In this document: positions 36,497 through 46,778 of the stretch, in pieces
How the letters are laid out: each line of letters starts with the position of its first letter
Position numbering within the stretch: position 1 is the first letter of the stretch
From: an uncultured delta proteobacterium
Lineage (GTDB): Bacteria > Desulfobacterota > Binatia > Binatales > Binataceae
DNA: 64,000 nt
Assembly: GCA_963711565.1 (NCBI GenBank)
Contig: CAVQEQ010000003.1
Location: 704,001-768,000 of the forward strand
Direction: 5' to 3'
Position numbers and translations under genes: made by a program
Notes under the pieces: model-generated
Database searches by the model: none
The model's input: the letters and a program-made list of their open reading frames with translations, nothing else
What the model was told of the DNA's origin: nothing

Positions 36497-36879
36497 TGAA
36501 GACTTCGATTCACACCAGGAATGCGCCTGCGGCGATCGGTCCGTACTCGCAAGCGGTCGAGCAAAACGGGCTGGTCTTCTGCTCGGGGCAGATTGCGCTC
36601 GACCCGGCGTCGGGCTCGCTGGTCGAAGGCGGGATCGAATTCGAGACTCGGCGAGTGCTGCAGAACCTCGGCGAAGTGCTCGCGGCTGCCGGGTTGGATT
36701 TCATCGATGTGGTGAAGACGACGATCTTCATGGTCGATCTCGCCGAGTTTGAAATCGTAAACCGCATATACGGAGAACATTTCGAACCGCCGTACCCGGC
36801 GCGTTCGACCGTGCAGGTCGCGGCACTGCCGCGCAACGCGCGCATCGAGATCGACGCGATTGCGCTGAAGCGCGATTGA
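36496..36879 (+). CDS. ridA: RidA/YjgF family imine deaminase
   Basis: APAAIGPYSQA, SGQI, PARSTVQVAALP, IEIDAIA. Confidence 0.92.
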   Translation: MKTSIHTRNAPAAIGPYSQAVEQNGLVFCSGQIALDPASGSLVEGGIEFETRRVLQNLGEVLAAAGLDFIDVVKTTIFMVDLAEFEIVNRIYGEHFEPPYPARSTVQVAALPRNARIEIDAIALKRD

Positions 36880-36888
36880 ATTTTCAAA

Positions 36889-37635
36889 TCATTCCGGATT
36901 CAGAATCGAGAGCGCGGCTGCGTCGAGAATTTGCCCCGACGGATCGAGCTTGCGCGCTGAACGCATCAGGCGCGCAGTATTCGCGCGGCGCATCGCGGAT
37001 GACAACGGCGCGTCGAGGAGCCGCGACTTGTCGAGGTCGATGATGATCACGGTGAAGCTGTCGCGCGCCCGCGTCACCAGCAAGTTGTGCAGATTGAGAT
37101 CGGCGTGAAAGAGCCCCTTGTCGTGCATCGTATCGATCGTGGCGCGCGCTTGCTGCAGAACGTGACTGCGAACCGTCGGGTCGTCGTCGGTCTTGACGAA
37201 TTCCCATAACGTCATTCCGCGCACCGCTCGAGTAAGAAAAAATCCCCGATAAAGGGCGGGGCCGATCCATTCGACCATCGCGCCCATCGGCTCGGCCACT
37301 GGAATTCCGCGGCGCATCGCTTCGATCGTCACGGCAAGCTCGGTCAGCGGCCGCGGCGCAATGCCGACGTAAACGTCGCTGAGGATCGATGCGATTAATC
37401 CGCCGCGACGGCCCCTGCGCGCGTACAGCTCGAGGCCGTCGGCCAGGTTCATCCGAAATGCGCTTTGACGATTGCCCGCGCCCGCTTCCACAGCGGACGT
37501 GAGCTCGCCGAGCTTCTGCAAAATTTGCGCAGCCTGTGCGGCGACATCGCGATGTATCACAAGTTCGCGGCGTCCAATCTTGAACGTCGAGAAGTTCGGG
37601 TCAGAGCGCCACTTCATCTGCGAAGGTGGTCTCAC
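36889..37635 (-). CDS. LPS/Kdo kinase (KdkA-like)
   Basis: RRGGLI, FHADLNLHNLL, IIDLDK, RLMRS; GTGA overlap with the GT87 gene. Confidence 0.75.
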   Translation of the reverse strand: MRPPSQMKWRSDPNFSTFKIGRRELVIHRDVAAQAAQILQKLGELTSAVEAGAGNRQSAFRMNLADGLELYARRGRRGGLIASILSDVYVGIAPRPLTELAVTIEAMRRGIPVAEPMGAMVEWIGPALYRGFFLTRAVRGMTLWEFVKTDDDPTVRSHVLQQARATIDTMHDKGLFHADLNLHNLLVTRARDSFTVIIIDLDKSRLLDAPLSSAMRRANTARLMRSARKLDPSGQILDAAALSILNPE

Positions 37636-38816
37636 GCCTCGGCCACCTCGCTCGTGAGCCACAGTGCGAACAGGGCGGCTAGTGCGAGCAAAGATGAAAT
37701 GAAGTGCGCCGAGTAGAACAGCGCGATGCGGTTCAGATAGTTTCCCGTCGCGAGATTGAGGAGCACGGAAAGCGCGGACAGCGTCCACACCGAGATCGGC
37801 GTACTCTTGCCCGCGGCTCGGTCAGTCCATAGCGCCGCAGTCAGAGCCATGTAAGGCACGAGCATCGCAGCGTAGTAGCTCTTCCACGAAATCGGTGCGA
37901 ACGAAGGCATCAGGCAGAACAATCCGCACAACGCCAAGCGGCTCGCGAAGTTTCGGTGCGCGCCGCTCACCCGGTCCCAGAGCGACACCGCCGCGATGAG
38001 CACTATTTCGAGTCCCATTCCAACGACCGTTGCGGTTGCCGACGTTTCCGCGCCGGTCCCGATGCGAAGGCTCATCAGGCGCGCGACTGCGGAGACGGCC
38101 GACTGGTTCGTAAGCATCGTGCGATAGCGATTCGTCATCGAAGCGATCGCCGTCAAGTATGCGGCGGTCTGATCGATCCATCCGCGCGGTCCGAAGATCA
38201 CGACTGGTACAACGAGCAGCGCGACTCCCGCTACGACGGCCCATCCGAGTGTGAAGAAACGCTTTCGAATCGCGAGATGAATCGCGGCGAGCACTGCGAA
38301 CGGTTTAATCAGTATGGCAGCAGCGAGCATCAGTCCCGCCGAGGCATCGTGAGATTCATCCGCATAGGCGATCGCCCACACGATCAGCGCGAGTGTCGGC
38401 AGATTTATCTGGCCGTGATCGAAATTGTTGTCGATGAACCGAAACGACAGCAGCACCGGGACGACGATCAGCGCGGCCGGGAGTTGCCGCTCGCGGCCGA
38501 ACAGAATCACGCCGGCGCCAAGGATCAATTCGATCAGCGAAAATGCGTTGATCAGGAAAAAAACAAATTGCGCGAGATGGCGTGGCAGCAGCGCGAGTGG
38601 CGCGAACCCGATCGCAAAGATCGGCGCGTAGAGAAAGCGATCGGAGTCGTCGGGCGGATAGATCGCATGGCCGAGAAGCACGCGATGCCCCGCGCGATAG
38701 TAAACGTTGAAGTCGCCCTGCGCACGAAATGTGGCCGAGATGCCGAGCCCGGCGAGGTAGACGGCGATCGCGAGCCATGCGAGTTGGCGGGCGCGCGTCG
38801 CGTCGATCGGTTTCAT
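37632..38816 (-). CDS. glycosyltransferase family 87 (GT-C, DUF2029)
   Basis: GDFNVYY, FLYAP, GQIN, IKP, NQS, PISW; multi-TM. Confidence 0.85.
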   Translation of the reverse strand: MKPIDATRARQLAWLAIAVYLAGLGISATFRAQGDFNVYYRAGHRVLLGHAIYPPDDSDRFLYAPIFAIGFAPLALLPRHLAQFVFFLINAFSLIELILGAGVILFGRERQLPAALIVVPVLLSFRFIDNNFDHGQINLPTLALIVWAIAYADESHDASAGLMLAAAILIKPFAVLAAIHLAIRKRFFTLGWAVVAGVALLVVPVVIFGPRGWIDQTAAYLTAIASMTNRYRTMLTNQSAVSAVARLMSLRIGTGAETSATATVVGMGLEIVLIAAVSLWDRVSGAHRNFASRLALCGLFCLMPSFAPISWKSYYAAMLVPYMALTAALWTDRAAGKSTPISVWTLSALSVLLNLATGNYLNRIALFYSAHFISSLLALAALFALWLTSEVAEA

Positions 38817-38858
38817 TTTCACTGCGGAAGGCAGGAATGCCCGCGCGCCGCGGCGAGG

Positions 38859-39029
38859 TCACGCGATCGGCTTGGCTTCCTCGATCAGCATGATTGGAAT
38901 GTCGTCGCGCACCGGATACACGAGTCTGCACGCGCCGCAGACCAGGCCGTCCTGCTGCTCGTTGAGATGCAGGTCGCCCTTGCATTTCGGGCACGCCAGG
39001 ATGTCGAGCAATTCCTGACTCAGCGCCAT
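38859..39029 (-). CDS. Trm112/YcaR family protein
   Basis: Manual translation: MALSQELLDILACPKCKGDL...LVCGACRLVYPVRDDIPIMLIEEA; canonical position after lpxK. Confidence 0.9.
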   Translation of the reverse strand: MALSQELLDILACPKCKGDLHLNEQQDGLVCGACRLVYPVRDDIPIMLIEEAKPIA

Positions 39030-39050
39030 CGCCGAAATCCTCCACGAACT

Positions 39051-40175
39051 TTATTTTTTCTGCAATGCATCCGTCGCCGCCGTAATGCGCCCGATTATCA
39101 ACTCGTCGAGCGCGCGCGCATCTGCCACGTCCATCGTCACTTCGAGCTTGAGAGCGTATAGCGAATCGCGCGGGAACGGAAACCGCTCCAGCTTGACGAG
39201 GTCCTTCTCAGTGGTGACGACGAGATCCGTTTCGCGCATCGCGTTCACAATAGCCTGCCAGTCAGCGTTGGTGTAGGCGTGATGATCCGGATACTCGAAA
39301 ACGCCGACGAGTTCCGCGTCGAGTTCGCGCAGCATCGCGTAGAACCCGCTGGGATCCGCCAGGCCGCTGACGGCCAGCACGCGCCGTCCCCCCAGTCCCA
39401 GCGGAGTTTCCCGCCACACACCATTCTCGACCAGCAGCAAGGCGCGCGGCCGCACCGACGCGTGCAGTATTTTGCCCGCGGTCAGCTTCTTCATCTGCGA
39501 CGGTCGAATCGCAGACGCGCCGGTTCCCGAGCTCATCACTATGATCGCGTCGGCGCGTGCGACTGCACGGATCGAATCGCGCATCGGCCCCGCCGGCAGC
39601 ATCCAGCCGTTGCCGAAGCCGCGCTCGTTGCTCACCAGCACGAGATCAACGTCGCGACTCAAGCGGACGTGCTGAAAGCCGTCGTCCAGAATCACCGCAT
39701 CGAGCGGACCGAGCCGGCTCAGCAGCTCGATTCCGTCGAGGCGCCGCTTCGCAACCGCGATCGGCCCGGTGAACGACTTCGCCATCATCGCCGGCTCGTC
39801 GCCGGCATCTTCAGGCGATATTTTCAATTGACCGCCGTCAGCCACAAGCTCGGCGGGTGCCCCGGATCGCGCGCGCAGGTAGCCGCGACTCACGATTCCG
39901 ACGCGCAGGCCGTGGCTCTGCAAGCGCTTGGCGAGAAATAACGTGAATGGAGTCTTGCCGGTTCCGCCGACCGTCAGATTGCCGACGCTCACCGTCAGCA
40001 CGGGCGCGCGCCGTTTCATCATCTGCCAATACAGATGACGCGCGCCGACGCCGACCCGGTAAAATCCCGCCGCAGCCGCGAGCCCGACCCACGCAGGAAG
40101 AAGGCGCGCTGGAAGATCGCGCTGCCACAATCGCTCGATTCGTGGGCGACTCGGACTCGGCTCGCTTGGGGGCAT
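39051..40175 (-). CDS. lpxK: tetraacyldisaccharide 4'-kinase
   Basis: VGNLTVGGTGKTP, SRGY, GDEP, DDGFQH, LPAGPMR, PDHH, TTEKD. Confidence 0.95.
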   Translation of the reverse strand: MPPSEPSPSRPRIERLWQRDLPARLLPAWVGLAAAAGFYRVGVGARHLYWQMMKRRAPVLTVSVGNLTVGGTGKTPFTLFLAKRLQSHGLRVGIVSRGYLRARSGAPAELVADGGQLKISPEDAGDEPAMMAKSFTGPIAVAKRRLDGIELLSRLGPLDAVILDDGFQHVRLSRDVDLVLVSNERGFGNGWMLPAGPMRDSIRAVARADAIIVMSSGTGASAIRPSQMKKLTAGKILHASVRPRALLLVENGVWRETPLGLGGRRVLAVSGLADPSGFYAMLRELDAELVGVFEYPDHHAYTNADWQAIVNAMRETDLVVTTEKDLVKLERFPFPRDSLYALKLEVTMDVADARALDELIIGRITAATDALQKK

Positions 40176-40178
40176 CGG

Positions 40179-41447
40179 TCAGCCGAGATTAATGAGCCCT
40201 TCGAGCTGCTTCAAGGCGAGCTGCGCGCCGCCCGATCCTCTGCTCACCGATGCACGGGCGCGACGACCCGCCTCTTCCCGCGTCGCGTCGTCGCCGAGCC
40301 ATTTTGAAGCTTCGATTACGATGTCAGCTGCGTCTTTGACAATTCGCGCGCCGCCCGAACTCACAATCGACGACACCATCTCCTTTTGATTCTCATGATA
40401 CGGACCGATCAACACCGGAACCTCGACCAGCGCGGGTTCGGCCGGATTTTGCCCGCCACGTCCCGGCGCGAGGCTGCCGCCGACGAACGCGATTGCCCCG
40501 CGACGATAGAAGCTGCGCAGCTCGCCCATCGTGTCGAGAATCAAAACGTCCGCGTCCCGCGCCGCGCCGGATGAATTGAGTTGCGACGCTTTGACGTAAT
40601 CGAGGGACGCAGCACGCAGCGCGTTTTCGACATCCGGCGTGCGATCGAGATGGCGCGGGGCAATCGTCAATGCGAGCTGCGGAAAGTCCTTGCGCAGTTC
40701 ACGGTAAGCGTTCGCGATCACCGCGTCCTCGCCCGGCGCCGTCGATCCAGCAATAAAAATTTGGCGACCGGATGCGAACGCCAGCAGCTCGGGACGAATC
40801 TGCTCTTCGGTCAACGTCTCCGCATTCGCCGCTTCGATCTTGGTGTTGCCGGTGACGACGATCTTTGCCGTGAGATCGAATTTCGCGTAACGCCGCGCGT
40901 CATCGTCGCTCTGCGTCAGAATCAGGGTCGCGCGGCCGAGCGCATCGTGAAACAGCCCGCGTGCGCGCAAATAACGGCGCATCGAACGTTCCGAGATGCG
41001 GCCGTTGACCACCGCGATCGTCGCACCCGCCCGCGCCGATTCGAGGAAATAGTTCGGCCAGATTTCAGTCTCAGTGATCAGCACCACGCTCGGCTGCACG
41101 CGCGCCAGAAAAGATCGCACCGCGCTTCGATTGTCGAATGGCGCGAGCATCCAGGCCGCTGCGCCCGGGATCCGCCGCTGAGCCGCCTCGCGTCCCGTCG
41201 CCGTCATCGTAGTGATTGTCATGATCGCGCCCGGATGACGTTCGAGCAGGCCGTTGGCGACCGGCCGAATCGCTTCGATCTCGCCGACCGACGCCGCATG
41301 AATCCAGATTCGCGACGCGCCCGTAATCTCCGGAAAATCGCCGTGCCCCATGCGCTCGCGATAGTCGCGCATGCTCGCCGGATGCGCGGCTATCAGCGCA
41401 AACGGCAGCGCCGGGTACCACAGCAAATTGTAAATCGCGCTTAGCAT
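40179..41447 (-). CDS. waaA: Kdo transferase
   Basis: WIHAASVGE, ETEIWPN, NGRIS, GNTK, APRH, DTMGEL, FVGGSL. Confidence 0.95.
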   Translation of the reverse strand: MLSAIYNLLWYPALPFALIAAHPASMRDYRERMGHGDFPEITGASRIWIHAASVGEIEAIRPVANGLLERHPGAIMTITTMTATGREAAQRRIPGAAAWMLAPFDNRSAVRSFLARVQPSVVLITETEIWPNYFLESARAGATIAVVNGRISERSMRRYLRARGLFHDALGRATLILTQSDDDARRYAKFDLTAKIVVTGNTKIEAANAETLTEEQIRPELLAFASGRQIFIAGSTAPGEDAVIANAYRELRKDFPQLALTIAPRHLDRTPDVENALRAASLDYVKASQLNSSGAARDADVLILDTMGELRSFYRRGAIAFVGGSLAPGRGGQNPAEPALVEVPVLIGPYHENQKEMVSSIVSSGGARIVKDAADIVIEASKWLGDDATREEAGRRARASVSRGSGGAQLALKQLEGLINLG

Positions 41448-41493
41448 CGAAGGCCTCGGCACGGCTGACAGTCGAATCTGCGATCGACGATTG

Positions 41494-43287
41494 TCAGTTA
41501 ACGAGACCGCCGTTGCCGGCCAGATCTTGAGGCGACATGAATTGCAGATCGTAGAGCTTTCGATACTCCTGACCGCGAGCAAACAGTTCGTCGTGCGTGC
41601 CGTCTTCGACGATCCGGCCGTGAACGACTACGACGATCCGGTCCGCGCGCCGCACGGTGGACAGCCGATGCGCGATCACCAGCGTCGTGCGGTTTTCCAT
41701 CAGATGCTCGAGCGCTTCCTGCACCGATCGTTCCGCGGCGGAGTCCAGCGACGAGGTTGCCTCATCGAGAATCAAAATCGGTGCGTCCTTGAGCAGCGCC
41801 CGCGCGATCGCGATTCGCTGCCGCTCCCCGCCTGAGATGCGCACGCCCAACTCACCGACCATCGTCTCGTAACCGTTGGGCAGCCGCGAGATGAAGTCGT
41901 GTGCGTTGGCGAGCTTGGCGGCCGCGATCACGCGCTCGAGTTTCTTGTCGCTGCTGCCGTATGCGATATTCGCGCGAATGGTATCGTCGAACAGAAAGGT
42001 ACTCTGCGTCACCAGGCCGATTTCCGCGCGCAGCGATTTGAGCCGCAACTTGCGCACGTCGATTCCATCGACCGTAATCTGTCCCAGCTGCACGTCGTAA
42101 AAGCGCGGGATCAGATCCGCCATCGTCGATTTGCCACCGCCACTCATCCCGACCAGAGCCACGACCTTGCCGACACCGATCTCGAGGTTGATGTCGTGCA
42201 GCACCCATTCGTCGCCATAACGGAAGCTCACGTTTTCAAACGCGACGCTATGCGGGCCTGGTTGCAGGTCGATTCCATTCGGATCGTCGGGGACCTCACT
42301 TGGCAGATCCATCATCTCGAAGACGCGCTCCGCGGCCCCCAGTCCCTGTTGGATCGTATTATTGGTCTTGCTGACGCTCTTGAACGGCGGGTATACGAGA
42401 ATCATGACCGCAAAGAAACCCGCGAACTGACCTAGCGTGCGCGTACCCGCCTGCAGCGATCCCACCGCCCACCAGACTACCGCGACCACCGCAAATGCGC
42501 CGAGCGCCTCGATCAGCGGTCCGGTGAACGCCTTGATTCTCGCGACCCGCATGAAGATTCTGAACAGCCGTTTGAGTTCCCGGTTAAAGCGCCCGCGCTC
42601 GTAATCTTCCATCCCGAACGCCTTCACAACACGGTTTCCTTGCAAAGTTTCAACCAGCAGCGACTGCAACCCGCTCAATTGTTTTTGCTGATTCTTGGTT
42701 TCCCGGCGGACTTTCTTGGAGAGACTCACGATCGGCAAGACCACGATCGGAAAACCGATGAACGCAACGATCGCGAGCCGCCAATCGATATGGAAGGCGA
42801 CTGCCAGCAACGCTATCAGCGACATCCCGTCGCCGACGATCGAAAAGACACCGTTGCTCAGACTCGATACCACCATGCCGACGTCGTTGATCACTCGCGA
42901 AACCATCACTCCCGTGGGCGTGCGGTTGAAAAAACTCAGCGATTGGCGCTGGAGGCTCTCGTTCAGATCGCCCCGGATGTCCATCGTCATCTTTTGGGCG
43001 ATGTACGCACTCAGGTAGTCGTCCGAAAAGTTGGCAAGCGCGCGAAACAAAAACAATCCCGCAAGCACCAGCGAGTATTCACGCAGCTTAAAGGCGCTGT
43101 GCGCATCGAGCTGATGGCGGACTCCAAGATTAGTGCCCAAATCGACCACAGCCTTCGTCAGGAGTGGCACGCCTCCAGTTGCGGCCGACAGGACACCCAT
43201 CGCGATGGCCAGCAGCAGCACGTAGGGAAACAAATATTTGCGGAGGTAACCGAACAGTCGCCACTGCATTGGGGTGAGCAGCTTCAT
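41494..43287 (-). CDS. msbA: lipid A flippase MsbA-type ABC transporter
   Basis: Six-TM domain plus GMSGGGKST, SGGERQR, LDEATSSLD; between lpxB and waaA. Confidence 0.88.
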   Translation of the reverse strand: MKLLTPMQWRLFGYLRKYLFPYVLLLAIAMGVLSAATGGVPLLTKAVVDLGTNLGVRHQLDAHSAFKLREYSLVLAGLFLFRALANFSDDYLSAYIAQKMTMDIRGDLNESLQRQSLSFFNRTPTGVMVSRVINDVGMVVSSLSNGVFSIVGDGMSLIALLAVAFHIDWRLAIVAFIGFPIVVLPIVSLSKKVRRETKNQQKQLSGLQSLLVETLQGNRVVKAFGMEDYERGRFNRELKRLFRIFMRVARIKAFTGPLIEALGAFAVVAVVWWAVGSLQAGTRTLGQFAGFFAVMILVYPPFKSVSKTNNTIQQGLGAAERVFEMMDLPSEVPDDPNGIDLQPGPHSVAFENVSFRYGDEWVLHDINLEIGVGKVVALVGMSGGGKSTMADLIPRFYDVQLGQITVDGIDVRKLRLKSLRAEIGLVTQSTFLFDDTIRANIAYGSSDKKLERVIAAAKLANAHDFISRLPNGYETMVGELGVRISGGERQRIAIARALLKDAPILILDEATSSLDSAAERSVQEALEHLMENRTTLVIAHRLSTVRRADRIVVVVHGRIVEDGTHDELFARGQEYRKLYDLQFMSPQDLAGNGGLVN

Positions 43288-44483
43288 GCGGCGCTCCTCG
43301 ACGCGATCATCTCGAGCGCGATCTTCGCGACGCGTCCGGCCGCGCCCGGCGAGCCGAGCTTCTCGCGCAACGCCTTCAGCGCCGCGACCGTCTCCGCACG
43401 GATGGTGTCGCTCAGCAGCGGCTCGGCGGCCCGCACCAGCTTCTCCACGGTCACCTCGCCCTGGATCAGTTCCGGCACGATCTGCCAGCCCGCCAGGATA
43501 TTCGGCATCCCGATAAAATCCACTCCCGTCACAAGCATCCGCCCTAGGATATAGGTTAGCCGCGACACTTTGTAGGCGATGACTTCGGGGCATCCGAGCA
43601 GCGCCGTCTCCAGGGTGGCGGTCCCCGACGCAACCAGCCCGAGCTCACTCGCCGCCACAATGTTGTAGGTATCGCTCTCGACAATCTTGATTCCTGACAG
43701 GTCCGCGCGTCCAACTTCGGCAAGTTCGGCCTGCGTCAGGGTCGGCGCCAGCGCGAGCGCTATCTGAAGATCGTGATCGCGCGCGACAATCCGCGCCGCC
43801 TTGACCATCGGCTCCAGCAGATATCGAACTTCGGCGCGGCGGCTGCCCGGCAGGATCGAAATGATTCGAGCGCGCGCCGGGAATCCGTGACGCTTAAGCG
43901 TCTCGTCCCGGCTCTGTACCGTCGCAACTCGATCGAGCAGCGGATGCCCGACGAATGAGACGCGCTCGCCCGCGCGATGAAACAGTTCGGCCTCGAACGG
44001 CAGTACCACCGCCAGCCGGTCCGCGCGATCGACCAGCTTGTCGATTCGGCCGCGACGCCACGCCCATACTTGCGGCGTGATGTAGTAGAGCACCGGCACG
44101 CCATTGCGGCGCGCGGTGCCCGAGAGAATCAGGTTGAACTCCGCGTAGTCAATCAGGATCACCAGGTCCGGCCGCTCGCGCCGGATGATTCGGCGCAGCG
44201 CGCGAAACGCGCCAACGGTGCGCCCAATCGTCGAGGCCAGTTCCGAAAGTCCGAGTCCGTGGATGTCCTCGGTCTTGACGATTGCGCGGACGCCGGCCGC
44301 GCGCATTTTCTCGCCCGCGATTCCGAACAGTTCGCACGACCGGTCGCGCGCGAGAATCTCCCGCGCCAGGTCGCCGCCATGAAGATCGCCCGACGCCTCG
44401 CCCGCAACGATCATGATGCGGCTCCGGTGTGCGGTTTCTCTCAGGCGCTCATCAAGCGGCGGCGCTTCAGCATTCAAGGGCAT
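43284..44483 (-). CDS. lpxB: lipid-A-disaccharide synthase
   Basis: AGEASGDLHG, PQVWAWR, LPFE, VGHPL, LPGSR, SGTATLE. Confidence 0.96.
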   Translation of the reverse strand: MPLNAEAPPLDERLRETAHRSRIMIVAGEASGDLHGGDLAREILARDRSCELFGIAGEKMRAAGVRAIVKTEDIHGLGLSELASTIGRTVGAFRALRRIIRRERPDLVILIDYAEFNLILSGTARRNGVPVLYYITPQVWAWRRGRIDKLVDRADRLAVVLPFEAELFHRAGERVSFVGHPLLDRVATVQSRDETLKRHGFPARARIISILPGSRRAEVRYLLEPMVKAARIVARDHDLQIALALAPTLTQAELAEVGRADLSGIKIVESDTYNIVAASELGLVASGTATLETALLGCPEVIAYKVSRLTYILGRMLVTGVDFIGMPNILAGWQIVPELIQGEVTVEKLVRAAEPLLSDTIRAETVAALKALREKLGSPGAAGRVAKIALEMIASRSAA

Positions 44484-44625
44484 CGAAGCGATTGTGATTG
44501 AAAAACGTGAAGCCGCAAATAGCCCTGCTGGTCCGATTGACCGGCATTTCCAGCTTCGGGCGCGCTCGCATGGGTGTGCGAGCGGTGGACCACGGCAATG
44601 CTCAAAAGGAAGGACTTATCGATAT

Positions 44626-45549
44626 CTATCGGCCGGTGAGGCCGCTGGCGTAGCGAAAGCTGCCCCGCCCGGCATCGATCGCGGACGCTTCGCGTGGCAC
44701 TGCGTCGGACCTCTTCCAATCCGAAAAATCGAGCTTGAGCAGCTCCTCGAGCGCCTCGACCTCAGGTAGATAGCGCTCGGCCAACATCGCTTTTTTCTCG
44801 GGCGAAAGTGCCGGAAATATCTCGCCGCGCCCGTTGCAAAAATCCCAGATACCGGTCCTTCCCATCGCTCTGATCAAGCCATAAGCGTGACGCCTCTTCA
44901 GCCGGTATCGGAGGTGCCGCGCATTCTGGGCGAGTTTGCGGCTTTTCGGCGCGCGCTCGATCGAATTGGCCCGCCGTTGCCCAGTGCCATCATCAGGAAT
45001 CGAGATTCGCGCCGTCCCAATAAAGTCGCACACCCGGTCCAGATAGTCCTGGGGATCGTCGCGCAGCTCTTCATAGCGCATGATCAAAAAGCGCTCGCGG
45101 TCGAAGTGATCAAACCATGCCCTCAGCTGCTTTGCGTAGCGGTTGCCGTCATCGATATTCGGGCGCTGGTTGAGCACTTCATCGAACGTTCCACGTACGA
45201 ACGCACCGCGTACCAGCATTTTGTAAGTCGAATAGGCATGCTCGACCGGATTGCGAAACGTCACGAGGAATTTGCAGTCTGGCAGATGGCGATGAATGCG
45301 CGCGGGCGCCTTCATCGTGTTGAAGTAGGGACAAATCTCCGCCACCTTGCGTTCGCCGGTCGCGTAGCGGAAATGGTGCTGGTACCATTCGATTCCCTTC
45401 GAATAGAAGGTGGTGAAGAACTGCGTCTCCTTGACTCCGTACGGTAGATCGACGTGACCCTTGAGCAGCCCATGCAGCCAGGTTGTACCGGTACGGGGAG
45501 GGCCGAGCCCGATGAAATCGGGCAACCTGGTGATGGAACCTGACGCCAT
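44626..45549 (-). CDS. PAPS-dependent sulfotransferase
   Basis: PDFIGLGPPRTGTTWL (5'-PSB), KETQFF, RNPVEHAYS (3'-PB), YEEL. Confidence 0.88.
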   Translation of the reverse strand: MASGSITRLPDFIGLGPPRTGTTWLHGLLKGHVDLPYGVKETQFFTTFYSKGIEWYQHHFRYATGERKVAEICPYFNTMKAPARIHRHLPDCKFLVTFRNPVEHAYSTYKMLVRGAFVRGTFDEVLNQRPNIDDGNRYAKQLRAWFDHFDRERFLIMRYEELRDDPQDYLDRVCDFIGTARISIPDDGTGQRRANSIERAPKSRKLAQNARHLRYRLKRRHAYGLIRAMGRTGIWDFCNGRGEIFPALSPEKKAMLAERYLPEVEALEELLKLDFSDWKRSDAVPREASAIDAGRGSFRYASGLTGR

Positions 45550-45692
45550 AACGCAGTCCCCATTAGCAGGTAGTGGGCCTGCCCACCCGAATTAGGGTCA
45601 AACCTTTGATGGAGAGCCCCTCCACCTTTCGACGGATCGTTTGACGCTCCACTGCGATTTCGCCGATTGTTAACGGTGCTCAGGAGAGAACG

Positions 45693-46776
45693 ATGAAGAC
45701 ACTGGATCGCAACAATCTTGACCTGAACGTCGCCCTGGCGCGCGCTGCCTTGTCGGTACTTGTGCTCGTATCGTGGTACGTCGATCCGTCTTACGGTGGA
45801 TGGTTCTACATCGACGAAGCTTCGTTGATCATTCTGACCCTGCATCTCGCCTACAGCCTGACCGCGGTCGTACTTATCGACCGCGGTATCGCGCCCTCTC
45901 TGGTGCCGGCAGGCTGCACCGCTCTCGACATCGTGTTTGCCGGCGTGGTCACGATCGTGACCGAGGGGCCGACCAGCCCCTCCTGGCTGTTTTTTGTCTT
46001 CGCGATTATCGTGGTCGATTGCAGCACCAGCTTTCGCGCGGTGATGACGGTGACGATTTTCAGCTCGCTGGTGTATCTCGTGCTGCTGGCGGCTTTCGTC
46101 CCCGGCCCCGGAAACGAGTACCTGATGCGGGCCGCGTACCTCGCCATCATCGGCTACCTGATCGGGTTCGTTGGCGCGCAACGCGCAAAGTTCGAAGCGC
46201 GCGTGCGCGACCTCGAGGCGGCCGCCGAACGCCATGCGATCGCGCGCGCACTTCACGACGGCTACGTGCAGGTGTTGGGCGGTGCGAACCTTCGGCTCGA
46301 GACCTGCCGGAACCTGATGAAGACCGGGCGCTCCGCCGAGGCGCTGGCAAGGATCACCGACCTGCAGAAGGAACTGGCGCGGGAATACGACGGCGTGCGC
46401 GCCTATATCCGCTCGCTCGCGGACGTTCGAACAGATCCCGGAGTTCGAAGAACACCCGTTTGCGGTCGAAACACTTTTCGAGCTGACGGCAAATTTCGCG
46501 GGGCGCGCGCGGCTACTCGAGCAGGTTCTTCAGATCGTTCTCGAAGGAGTGCGAAATAGCTGGCAGCACGGCAGAGCGGCCTGCGCCGCGATCAACATCA
46601 GCGCCGCCGACCATCTGATCCGAATCGCGATTGACGACGACGGCGTCGGCATTCGCAATCCCGAGAATCCGCCGTGGGCAATCGCGTCGCGGGTTGCCGA
46701 ATTCGGCGGGCAGCTGAGAATCGGCGGCGCTGAGCGTCCAGGCGCTCATCTGGAAATCGAAATCCCGGCGGCATAG
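45693..46776 (+). CDS. membrane sensor histidine kinase (HisKA_3/NarX type), +1 frameshift near 46426
   Basis: About 6 TMs, ERHAIARALHDG H-box; removing one base from GACGTTC joins to EGVRNSWQHG...DDDGVG ATPase domain. Confidence 0.8.
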
Positions 46777-46778
46777 CT

